A stretch of DNA of 63,847 bases, the filler included, from Craspedostauros australis (Eukaryota), in NCBI GenBank assembly GCA_030167865.1. It is 10 parts of 10 records of this genome, joined end to end, with 100 filler letters (N's around TTAATTAATTAA, not from the genome) between each part and the next. Parts side by side here need not be neighbours in the genome. Positions count along the whole stretch, not along the records: positions 23,175 to 28,203 come from JALAGF010006071.1; positions 28,304 to 36,693 come from JALAGF010006073.1; 8 more parts are not named here. The stretch is one strand, 5' to 3'. Shown one piece after another: positions 24,027 through 34,000 of this stretch; position 1 is the stretch's first letter; every line of letters starts with the position of its first letter. The notes below the pieces were generated by a model. The model had not been told where the DNA came from. It was given only the letters and a program-made list of their open reading frames with translations, and made no database searches. Both the position numbers and the translations under genes were made by a program.

Positions 24027-27000
24027 ATGATAGGCCGGAGGGTGTGGGCACAGTTGCTCACCCTCTGCAGGCCACTCATCATGGCGTTGCTGACTGCCAT
24101 CTGCGTTGCCGCCTTTGCGCACGGAGATGAGGAGTCAGGAATGGCTATGGTGGTGGTTGCTCTGGTCACGTGGACAGCTTGGCGCATCGCGCTAATCCAA
24201 GGACACCCACGCAAACACACCAGATGGCGACCAAACCACCACAAGTGCCGGCGATACTACGCGCACGGCAACGGAATCAGGCCACCCAGGATTGGACGAA
24301 AGTCCGGATGGCGCACAAGAACAATGCGACATCTCTGGGCAGCCGCAGACACGGAGACAGACGACACATTCGCAATGCCGCTCGCCCGGTTCGATTCAGA
24401 CTCGTTTCAGATGGCGGTTGACAACTGTGCATCCACGTCATTCACCAACAGCAAGGATGACTTCATCGGAGAACCTACGAAGATCGACAAGGTCGTGAAG
24501 GGAGTTGGGAGTCGGAAGGTGAACCTACAAGGAAAGGTAAGATGGAAGATCGAGGACGACCGCGGAAACCGGCACGTCATCGAGCTCGACAAGGTGATCT
24601 ATGAGCCCAGCCTTCCATTCCGACTGCTCTGCCCACAACACTGGGCGCAATGCAGCAAGGATCTTGATGGAACCGGATGTACCACCCTTGGCAACAGAAT
24701 GGAGATCTTCTGGGACCGTCGCAAGCACCGACGATCCATACCACTCACGTCATCCAACATCGGCATGATCAGATCGTCATCGGGTTACCATGGATTCAGG
24801 AAGTACTGCATGACAAATTCAGTGCAGGAAATCACTCCTACCGAACCAATGGACGCAGCTAATCTGGTCAGCGACGACGAGGAGTCAGTGGTAATGGACG
24901 ATGATGAAGGGAGCATCAACCAGAGTGAGCAAGCAGTCACCACCAGCGGAGCGGAGGACCAACTCAGCAAGGAGCCTACGCAGATCGACTTCAGGGACGT
25001 TCCCTACCGAGCACCCGTCGATACTACCTTGGAGTACAGCTCTACTCCAACAGCAGACATGCTCCGGCTGCACTACAAGCTTGGGCATGCATCCTTCAAC
25101 AAGATGAGGACCATGGCTTCCAAGGGAGAGATCCCTGCGAAGTTCCGGGACTGCCAACTGCCGGCATGCGCGTCATGTGAGTATGGCAAGGCAACCAGAC
25201 GGCCATGGCGGACCAAGGGAGGTAACCAGCAAGTGAGCAAGCTTGTGCCGATCAACAGGCCTGGCGACTGTGTGTCGGTGGATCAAATGGAGTCACCAAC
25301 ACAGGGGTTCATCGGGCAGATCAAAGGCAGACTGACCACCCAGAGGTACCGCGCAGCCACCATCTTCACTGACCATCACAGTCGATTCAGCTACGTGCAC
25401 CTTCAGAAAAGCACCAACGCCGAAGAAACCCTGCATGCCAAGCAAGCATTTGAGGCATACGCCAAGACCTACGGAGTAACGATTCGGCACTATCATGCCG
25501 ACAATGGTCGATTCGCAGAGAAAAAATTCCTCTCGCACGTCGATCGATCAGGCCAGACCATCACCTTTTGCGCCGCTTACGCTCACTTCCAAAACGGAGT
25601 GGCCGAGAAACGCATCAGGGATCTGCAGGAGGCAGCTCGAACAATGCTGCTGCACATGCACATCAGGTGGAAGGAGGCCGCATCCATCTCACTGTGGCCG
25701 TACGCTCTGCGCATGGCAAATGAGGTGATGAACGCAACCCCGAATCCAGTGATCAATCACATCACACCAATTGAACGATTCTCTGGGTCCGCAATCAAGC
25801 CCCAGCTGAAGCATTTCCATTCATTCGGATGCCCAACGTACGTCCTGAACCCTCGACTCGCCAATGGCCAATCGCAGCCAAAATGGATGTCGAAGGCAAG
25901 GATCGGGATCTACCTCGGACTCTCTCCTCGGCATGCAAGATCGGTAGCACTCATCCTCAACCCAAGGACAGGACTGGTGTCGCCGCAATTTCACGTCAAG
26001 TGCGACGATATGTTTGAGACAGTGGTGGGTACCACAGGCACCAATCATGGCCGGTGGAAGCAATTGGCAGGCATCAGCAAGCCTGGAGTGATCAAGCGCT
26101 CCAAGGGAGTGACCGCAACCGAAGGGTTACGCGGGTCCTCCGACACGGATGCGTCAACATTGCCAACAGCCCAGCATCCGAACGCAGACGACCCGGAAGG
26201 AGACGAAGAGTTCGAAGCAACGAAGGAGACAATGGGCGACGACATCAACATCGGAGAAGCTCCCAGCGACACAGCCACCACGGAGCCACCAGGCAGCAAT
26301 CAGCAAGAGCAGTCAGCCGGACTGCGTCGATCAAACAGGCACCGAACACCATCCAGAAAGGTAAGAGAGAATGGCGACACAGAAGTCGTCGCACTACCCA
26401 GCGCATTTGAGGTGGCGAACACATTCGAAAACGGAAAAGGATTCGACACGAACGAGACCTCAGATCCAATCGCATTCGCCGCGTCAGCAGACCCCGACAC
26501 CATGTACTATCATCAAGCAATGAAACAACCGGATCGGATGAAGTTCAAGGCGGCAATGCAAGCGGAACTCAACGCTCACCACGAGAATGGCCACTGGGAG
26601 GTCGTCCCGAGGTCAGAAGTGCCAGAGGGAACCAAGGTGGTCGCATCGGTGTGGTCCATGAAGCGGAAACGCCGAATCAAGACCAGAGAGGTGTACAAGT
26701 GGAAAGCGAGGCTCAACGTCCACGGAGGCCAGCAGGTCAAAGGAGTGAACTTCTGGGAGACATACGCCCCGGTCGTCACCTGGATGTCCATCAGACTCGT
26801 CCTCATCCTCTCAATCCTGCACAATTGGCACACAAGACAGATCGATTTCGTGCTCGCATATCCTCAGGCGGAAGTGGAGACAACTATCTACATGGAAGTG
26901 CCAGTCGGAGTGAGCATCGGAGATGGAGACACGAAGGACTATGTCCTGAAGCTGGTGAAGAACCTGTACGGCCAAAAGCAGGCCGGGCGAGTCTGGCACC

Positions 27001-28115
27001 AGCACCTGCACCGGGGATTGAGCGACATCGGATTCACACAGAGCAAAGTCGACGAATGCGTCTACTACCATGGAAAGACAATGTTTCTGGTGTATGTGGA
27101 CGACGGCATCCTTGCAGGACCCAGTGCAGAAGAGATTGACAAACTTCTCAATCAAATGCAACAGCGGTTCAATATCACCGACGAAGGGGGTCTCACGGAC
27201 TACCTGGGTGTGCACGTCACTCACCTGGAGGACGGACGCATCAAACTGTCGCAGCCCCATCTCATCGATCAGATCGTGAAGGACCTGAACTTTCGTCCAA
27301 ACACCAGACCCAGGGACACACCGGCAATGACGACAAAGATCCTGGATGCAGACGAGAATGGCGAGGAGCACAACGCAACCTGGAGCTACCGATCAGTCAT
27401 CGGAAAGCTCAACTTCCTGGAGAAATCCACTCGCGGGGAGATCGGGTACGCTGTGCATCAAGCAGCCAGATTCAGCGCCAATCCGAAGAAATCGCACTCA
27501 CAAGCGGTGAACCTCATCGGGCGGTACCTGATGGCAACCAGAGACGAAGGCATCATCCTGAATCCCAACGACAAGGCATTTGAATGCTTTGCCGACGCAG
27601 ACTTTGCGGGATTGTGGAACAGAGACACAGCAGCCGAAGACTCAGCCACAGCCAGATCAAGGACCGGATACCTGATTCGGTTTGCAGGATGTCCAATCAC
27701 ATGGGCATCGCGCTTGCAAACGGAGATCGCATTGAGCACAACCGAAGCCGAAGTGATCGCACTATCAACAGCGTTGCGCGACGTGATTCCAATGATGAAC
27801 CTGCTCAACGAAATGTGCGCCAAGGAGATTGTACCAGAGAAGTACAAGCCCAGGGTGTACTGCAATGCATTCGAGGACAACTCCGGCGCCTACGAGATCG
27901 CCAAGTTTCCAAAGATGCGACCCCGAACAAAGCACATCAACATCAAATACCACCATTTCCGATCGTACGTGGATCGCAAGCTCATCGAGATCTACGCCAT
28001 CGACACCGACGACCAGCTCGCAGACCTCTGGACGAAACCACTCGCAGACGACAAGTTCCACAAGTTCACGGAGCTCTCTATGGGATGGAAGTTCACACAA
28101 AGGGATCAAGGTTGA
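24027..28115 (+). CDS. pol: Pol polyprotein (protease-integrase-RT-RNase H)
   Basis: PR MAVDNCAS; INT HYKLGH..CASC, SVDQ, ADNG, NGVAE; RT WKARLNVHG, QIDFVLAY, LYGQKQAG, YVDD; RH FADADFAG, STTEAE, EDNSGA, RTKHI, LADLWTKPL. Confidence 0.95.
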   Translation: MIGRRVWAQLLTLCRPLIMALLTAICVAAFAHGDEESGMAMVVVALVTWTAWRIALIQGHPRKHTRWRPNHHKCRRYYAHGNGIRPPRIGRKSGWRTRTMRHLWAAADTETDDTFAMPLARFDSDSFQMAVDNCASTSFTNSKDDFIGEPTKIDKVVKGVGSRKVNLQGKVRWKIEDDRGNRHVIELDKVIYEPSLPFRLLCPQHWAQCSKDLDGTGCTTLGNRMEIFWDRRKHRRSIPLTSSNIGMIRSSSGYHGFRKYCMTNSVQEITPTEPMDAANLVSDDEESVVMDDDEGSINQSEQAVTTSGAEDQLSKEPTQIDFRDVPYRAPVDTTLEYSSTPTADMLRLHYKLGHASFNKMRTMASKGEIPAKFRDCQLPACASCEYGKATRRPWRTKGGNQQVSKLVPINRPGDCVSVDQMESPTQGFIGQIKGRLTTQRYRAATIFTDHHSRFSYVHLQKSTNAEETLHAKQAFEAYAKTYGVTIRHYHADNGRFAEKKFLSHVDRSGQTITFCAAYAHFQNGVAEKRIRDLQEAARTMLLHMHIRWKEAASISLWPYALRMANEVMNATPNPVINHITPIERFSGSAIKPQLKHFHSFGCPTYVLNPRLANGQSQPKWMSKARIGIYLGLSPRHARSVALILNPRTGLVSPQFHVKCDDMFETVVGTTGTNHGRWKQLAGISKPGVIKRSKGVTATEGLRGSSDTDASTLPTAQHPNADDPEGDEEFEATKETMGDDINIGEAPSDTATTEPPGSNQQEQSAGLRRSNRHRTPSRKVRENGDTEVVALPSAFEVANTFENGKGFDTNETSDPIAFAASADPDTMYYHQAMKQPDRMKFKAAMQAELNAHHENGHWEVVPRSEVPEGTKVVASVWSMKRKRRIKTREVYKWKARLNVHGGQQVKGVNFWETYAPVVTWMSIRLVLILSILHNWHTRQIDFVLAYPQAEVETTIYMEVPVGVSIGDGDTKDYVLKLVKNLYGQKQAGRVWHQHLHRGLSDIGFTQSKVDECVYYHGKTMFLVYVDDGILAGPSAEEIDKLLNQMQQRFNITDEGGLTDYLGVHVTHLEDGRIKLSQPHLIDQIVKDLNFRPNTRPRDTPAMTTKILDADENGEEHNATWSYRSVIGKLNFLEKSTRGEIGYAVHQAARFSANPKKSHSQAVNLIGRYLMATRDEGIILNPNDKAFECFADADFAGLWNRDTAAEDSATARSRTGYLIRFAGCPITWASRLQTEIALSTTEAEVIALSTALRDVIPMMNLLNEMCAKEIVPEKYKPRVYCNAFEDNSGAYEIAKFPKMRPRTKHINIKYHHFRSYVDRKLIEIYAIDTDDQLADLWTKPLADDKFHKFTELSMGWKFTQRDQG

Positions 28116-28389
28116 CAAGGGAGTGTGGGAATATTCCAATGACACGCATACTTTGTGACCTTGAGAGTGATCAAATTGTGTCGTGAATGAATTTTGTTCC
28201 TCANNNNNNNNNNNNNNNNNNNNNNNNNNNNNNNNNNNNNNNNNNNNTTAATTAATTAANNNNNNNNNNNNNNNNNNNNNNNNNNNNNNNNNNNNNNNNN
28301 NNNATAGTTTCGGAACTCCGACAAACCAAACCAAAGAAAAATAAAAACTAATTAATACCCTAACACAACACAAACAACAGCAAAGCAAA

Positions 28390-31002
28390 ATGACTTCGAA
28401 CGACGAACCCAACACGAGCAACCGCGAAGAGACGAAGGCAGAAGATGGCCCAACCTTGCCACCTCCCACCAAGGAACCTGACAAACCTGCGAACCCAAGA
28501 GAGGACGATACAGGCAACCATCATCGCGCCCGACGACAAGCAAAAAGAGCCATCCCTTACGATGGAGGAACCGAGGAGAACGACCCCGACGACGTGTCCA
28601 TCACCTACAAGCCAAGATCCAGCACGTTCAAGACCGCGGCCAACAAGACCGGCATCGACATCACGCCATTCGCACGAGCAACAGGAGACGGATCCATCGA
28701 CAGATCAGCAAAAGCAGCATGGAGAGCCAGAGCAATCTGGTATAACAAGGATGAGGCGACGGCCGACCGCGAAAACCCGACCATCAAACAGTGGGAGCAC
28801 TTCTTCAGAGATCTCGCAGACGGAAGGGTCACATCATTCGGGCCCATCACGCTGCCCAACAGAGACCCCACAAGAATGAGGCTCCTGCAATTCGTCATCA
28901 ACGTTGCATCCACCGATCCCCACGAGGTATTCAAAGTACATCTCAACGACGACGGCACGGTACGAACGGCAAGAGCAGTCAAAGTATGGAAGGCCGCGAA
29001 TCGACTCATGGGCTCCAACTACGATCTGGGAGCAGCACCTCTCGCAGACAACGACATCCACATCGACACAATGGAAGGCCTCACACTCCAGACGGAAGGC
29101 GCGGAAGCGAGCACAGCCAGGATGTCCACAAGCCAAGCATTTGCAGCCATGCCAATCGACACAACCACGGGATCCATCAGCACAGACAGCGAGTCGTACA
29201 CCAGCCGCCAGCCGTCCAAACGCACCAGATTCAAATCTCCGAAACAGACAACCGACATGCCACGAGTCAGCCAGAACAGCACGAACAACTCGCAATCTTC
29301 AGGGACGACAAGCAGCAACGATTCGTCAACTGACTCAGGCGTGACCAGACACAGAAGTGGCCCTCGGAACCCTGCCAACCGCAAGCCGTCCACAGACGAC
29401 AACTCCGTCAGCTCAGATGAGGAATCCAACACATCCCAGGCAAAGATAGCACCACCGCGACACGAGCACACCACCAGATTCACAATCAAACTCAACGTCG
29501 ACAGAACCGAAGACGACACCACAGCCGCAGTGCGAGAGCGCATCAAGCGATGGTTCCGGCAGGTCCGACGAATCGATCCTACAGCGGTGATCCTCCCATG
29601 GAGAGAGTCGGCCAACACAGGTCCCCACATCGCCCACTCAGGACAAATTCCAGAGAGAATGGAGGACCTCAGAACCTTCTTTCAAGGATTGCGAGCGCCA
29701 TCCGGGGCAACAGGAATCACGTACGCGAAAGTCCGCATCACCACCAGAGATGATCCCTTCGACATCACGGCAGACCGCAACGCGGAGCTCAACCCATACT
29801 ACTACAACGAGCATGAGGGATTGTACAAAGCCCAGCTCCAAGACGCAGAAGAGGTGAAAGAGATCGGCTTCCTACTATACTCTGGAGGATTCACAGACGT
29901 GGACAGCACAGTGGAAATCATAAACAGGAGCTTCCGACGAACAAACAGCGACATCAGAGTGGGCGGAAAGATGAAGAACATCATCCAGGTCAGCGACGAA
30001 ACCAGAGAAAAGTACAGAGAAGGCAAGCGACACTGGACAGTCCAACCTTGGAGAGCGGTGAAGCTGGAAGTCGAAAGATCACAAGCTTACGCTGCGGTCG
30101 AAGAAGTCGCAAACCTCTTTAACACACGAGCGGAGAGACCGGGAGCCACCAACTTCCGGTTCTTGCCCGACAAGAAGTTTGAGCAAATGTCCCGAAAGAA
30201 GAGCGAGTTCCGAGACGGCCTCATGGCAAAACACCAGGCCATACTTGCAGTGATTGAGTACTCGGACTCCGATGGAGTACTGCACCTGGACAAGAAAGTC
30301 AAAGGCAAGGACAACCGCTCCATCACTCTCCGTAAACTCATACTCCGAGAGACAACCAACGACGGCAAACGGATCTTCCACAGTGTGGACAGAGCCCGAG
30401 GCACCGACGACCAAGTCGTGGCGCACTCATTCCCCGAATACCTGGAACCAGCAAAGCATTTCATGAGCCTCCTGCCTGCAATCGCCCGACACAAAGTAGG
30501 CCCCAAAGCCGAAAAGTGGTTCAGTCCGGAGGTGTGGATTGCCAGCCTCAACATTGTGTACGACCCAGCGACCAACGACTACACGTCCCCTGACACGCAC
30601 AACCTGGAAGACATCGCCGATGAAGAGTTCCCCGCCAGTGTGATCATCACCAATATCCCCGATATGATGCCCACCACTCACAGGCCAGCGGCTCTTGACA
30701 ATCGAAGCCTGTTCAATCCCAACTCGACGATCGGCACCGCCAACAGGTCCATCGACTCAGCGTACACAGCTGCCCCCAATCTGACCACAGGAGACCAAAC
30801 AGACAGCGGATCCAACGCACCGAACACCCCCAACACAACCTCCCACACCACCGAAGGAATCCTGCGTACCGGCGCCAACACAAGATACAACCAGCCCCAG
30901 ACAAGGGAAGCACAACTACTGGCACAGGTGCAAGCACTCCGGCGAGAACTTGGCAAACCCGACGGCGACCCTCCGCAGCCCAATGGAGGCCAGTCACCAT
31001 GA
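28390..31002 (+). CDS. LINE ORF1 protein (870 aa)
   Basis: Intact long ORF with the same A/C-rich strand bias as ORF2. Its stop overlaps the ORF2 start (ATGA). Confidence 0.8.
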   Translation: MTSNDEPNTSNREETKAEDGPTLPPPTKEPDKPANPREDDTGNHHRARRQAKRAIPYDGGTEENDPDDVSITYKPRSSTFKTAANKTGIDITPFARATGDGSIDRSAKAAWRARAIWYNKDEATADRENPTIKQWEHFFRDLADGRVTSFGPITLPNRDPTRMRLLQFVINVASTDPHEVFKVHLNDDGTVRTARAVKVWKAANRLMGSNYDLGAAPLADNDIHIDTMEGLTLQTEGAEASTARMSTSQAFAAMPIDTTTGSISTDSESYTSRQPSKRTRFKSPKQTTDMPRVSQNSTNNSQSSGTTSSNDSSTDSGVTRHRSGPRNPANRKPSTDDNSVSSDEESNTSQAKIAPPRHEHTTRFTIKLNVDRTEDDTTAAVRERIKRWFRQVRRIDPTAVILPWRESANTGPHIAHSGQIPERMEDLRTFFQGLRAPSGATGITYAKVRITTRDDPFDITADRNAELNPYYYNEHEGLYKAQLQDAEEVKEIGFLLYSGGFTDVDSTVEIINRSFRRTNSDIRVGGKMKNIIQVSDETREKYREGKRHWTVQPWRAVKLEVERSQAYAAVEEVANLFNTRAERPGATNFRFLPDKKFEQMSRKKSEFRDGLMAKHQAILAVIEYSDSDGVLHLDKKVKGKDNRSITLRKLILRETTNDGKRIFHSVDRARGTDDQVVAHSFPEYLEPAKHFMSLLPAIARHKVGPKAEKWFSPEVWIASLNIVYDPATNDYTSPDTHNLEDIADEEFPASVIITNIPDMMPTTHRPAALDNRSLFNPNSTIGTANRSIDSAYTAAPNLTTGDQTDSGSNAPNTPNTTSHTTEGILRTGANTRYNQPQTREAQLLAQVQALRRELGKPDGDPPQPNGGQSP

Positions 31003-34000
31003 TAGGCAGCCACAGACGGGCACAGTCCAGCCCGGACACCGACGGACCCAACACGCCAGGGAATTCGAGTTCGGATGAATCGAATCTCCAACAACAACAC
31101 CTCGGCCAAACCACCAACCAAAAGGCCAACACCCAAATCAGGATCGCCACCCTGAACGTAGGAAGCCTACCAACCGACCCTACGGACCCCAAAAACGACG
31201 ACCTATGGCAAACCATACGCCAACACCACATTGACATACTGATGATGACGGAAGTGGGCATCAACTGGAGCAAGACCCCGTCGGACTCCACGCTTGCCCG
31301 CAGAGCTGACAGACAGCTACGCATGGCGAAGATTGCCACAGCACACTGTCACACAGACAGCGACAGCCCACGACAATGGGGCGGCACCGCCGTACTTTCC
31401 CACGGAAACATCGCAGGCCGAGTCCTCTCCAGCAGCAACGACCCCGGAAAGTGCGGCAGATGGGCAAGCGTACTACTCCAGGGACGACAGGGCATCAAAG
31501 TCCGAATCGCCTCAGTTTACGTCCCCACCAAGTCCACCCAAACCTCTGGAACCGTCTACAACCAACAAGCTGTCAAAGCCGCCCAGCGCCAATCGACACT
31601 GGACCCCATCGATCTGCTCATCGCCGACCTGCAAGCACAAATAGCACGATGGCAACAAGCAGGCGAGACAGTGATCATCGGAGGTGACGTCAACATGGAC
31701 GTGCGACGGTCCAAGATCACCAACATGCTGCTCGCCGAAGGCCTCCAAGAACACCACACCAACAACATACGACACCCGTATGCCACCATGATCAGAAACA
31801 GACGACGGACCCCCATCGACGGAATCTGGGCCACGAACGACGTCCAACCCAATCAAATGGGGCTGACACCGTACGGCAGCTGGGACCACCGCATGGTGTG
31901 GTTCGACATCAGCACGAACCACCTATTCGGGCACACCAAGCAGCCAACCCCACCGTTCCGAGGGAGACGACTCCAACTCAGCCAACCCACCACGGTCAGA
32001 AGATACGTGCAGGTATACGAAAGCCAAGCTAACTCGCTACATCTTCTGGAACGGGCGCAATCTCTGAACCAAGCAGTCAGCAATGACCAGATGACACCGC
32101 TGCAGATTCAGACACTCGAGAAAATCGACAACGACAGAACTCAGGCCATACTCCAAGCAGAACGCAAGTGCCGCAAGATCAAAGCTGGGAAGGTGCCCTT
32201 CTCACCGATAGTGTCCAAGCTGAGGTGGGAACATCAGTTCTGGACTCTCAGCATCAAGAGGAGACAAGGCCACAACATCAAAGGGCGCACAATCGACAAG
32301 GCGAAGAAGAAGGCCCACATCCAGCAACGCACGAAGCACATGACAACGGCAGAGATGCACCGGCACCGCAACGCGGCGTGGAAGGCATATCAACAAGAGA
32401 AGAAACACGCCACTGAACACCGGAGGTCATTCTTGGCCGACGACGAAGACGAGGTGGCCAACACCGGAGGCGACACAGCCAAATACCGAGCCCAGCTGCT
32501 ACAGCGAGAGGAGACCAAGGCAACATACCGAAGAATCCGGTGGTCCCTGCAGGCGGATGACTCCAATGCCCAAGTGTCCATGGTCATAGATGACGGCCCA
32601 GGGGGTGAGAACAATCTGCTAACCGCAGGCGAAGAAGTGGCCCGAGCGTGCTGCAAGACCAACATTGACAAGTACAGCCAGGCGTGGCAAGCGGAAGTCT
32701 GCCAGCGACCACTTAAGCGCAGCCTGGGGCGATTCGGATCCAGCCCAGCCGCCACCGCCATACTCAACGGCATCATCCCGTCGCAGATACGCAACAACAC
32801 CAGCGACACCCTTCACTCACTCCGGCGGCCCCAAAGAGCCACACCGTGGCCCCCCGACCTTCTACATATCAGCCAGGAAGACCATTCGCGAGGATGGGCA
32901 CGCATCAAGGAAAGCACGTCATCGGGTCCTTCCGGAATACACTTCGGGTGCTGGAAGGTCAACGCAACCATCCCCGCCCTGGCAACCATCGACTCCATAA
33001 TGAGAGCGATCCCGTACCGCACAGGATACAGCCTCAAACGATGGCAGCAGTGCATCGACATACAGCTCCGGAAAAAGCCAGGCAACTTGGCAGTGACCAA
33101 AACGAGGACCATCGGGCTCATGGAAGGCGACTTCAACATGAACAACCGACTCCTTGGCAAACAAGCCAGGTCGCATGCAGAATCCAATCTCACCCTGGCA
33201 ACGGAGCAGTTCGGCAGCCGCAAGGCGCACACAGCCCAAGAAGTGCTACTCAACACAGTCCTCATCGACGACATCGCAAGGATCACAGGCGCACACTATG
33301 CCATATGCTCCAACGACGCAAAAGGGTGCTACGACCGCATTGCCCACCCCATCTTCAGCCTAGCCCTTCAACGGCAGGGAGTGCCTACAGCACCCATCAC
33401 GAGCACTCTTCGCACCCTCCAGTCGATGACCCACCGCATCCGCACGTCAGCCGGAACATCAGTTTCGTCCTACTCCGGCAAGCAGCGCCACAACTACCTT
33501 CAAGGACTGGTCCAAGGGCTCGGATCCGCACCGACAGGGTGGCTGCTCATCAGCTCCGCCATTATTGATAGCATGAGAGCCAGAGGGTACGGCCTCAACC
33601 TCCCCGACCCCATCACTCGCGATGGCCATACCATCATGGGCACCGCGTACGTCGACGACACCAACATCATGCAAAGCCTGCCCCCCACAACACCCAACGA
33701 GCAAGCGCAATCCTTCCAGGCAGCCGTGGACCACTGGGACGGCCTCCTTACCGCCACTGGCGGGGCACTGGAGCCATCCAAGAGCTTCTGGCAGCTCATA
33801 CGGTTCAAGTGGCAGCGCACGAAGTGGGTCTACGACAACAAGATGCCCACCACGAACGTCTGCATGAACACTCCGACCGGAGAACGCACCCAACTAGCCC
33901 TCACCGGCCCCAGGTCGGCCTCCAAATACCTTGGCATGGTGTCCCGGAGAGACGGACGCCAGTCCGAACACACGCAATATCTGCTCCAGAAATCCCTCAC

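Larger units (their letters stand above)
23175..28203 (+). mobile_element. Ty1/Copia LTR retrotransposon (CoDi-I-like), internal region with intact pol; 5' end missing
   Basis: gag followed by pol in PR-INT-RT-RH order; PPT AAGGGAG at 28117-28123 followed by TG at 28124 (probable start of the 3' LTR). Confidence 0.92.
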
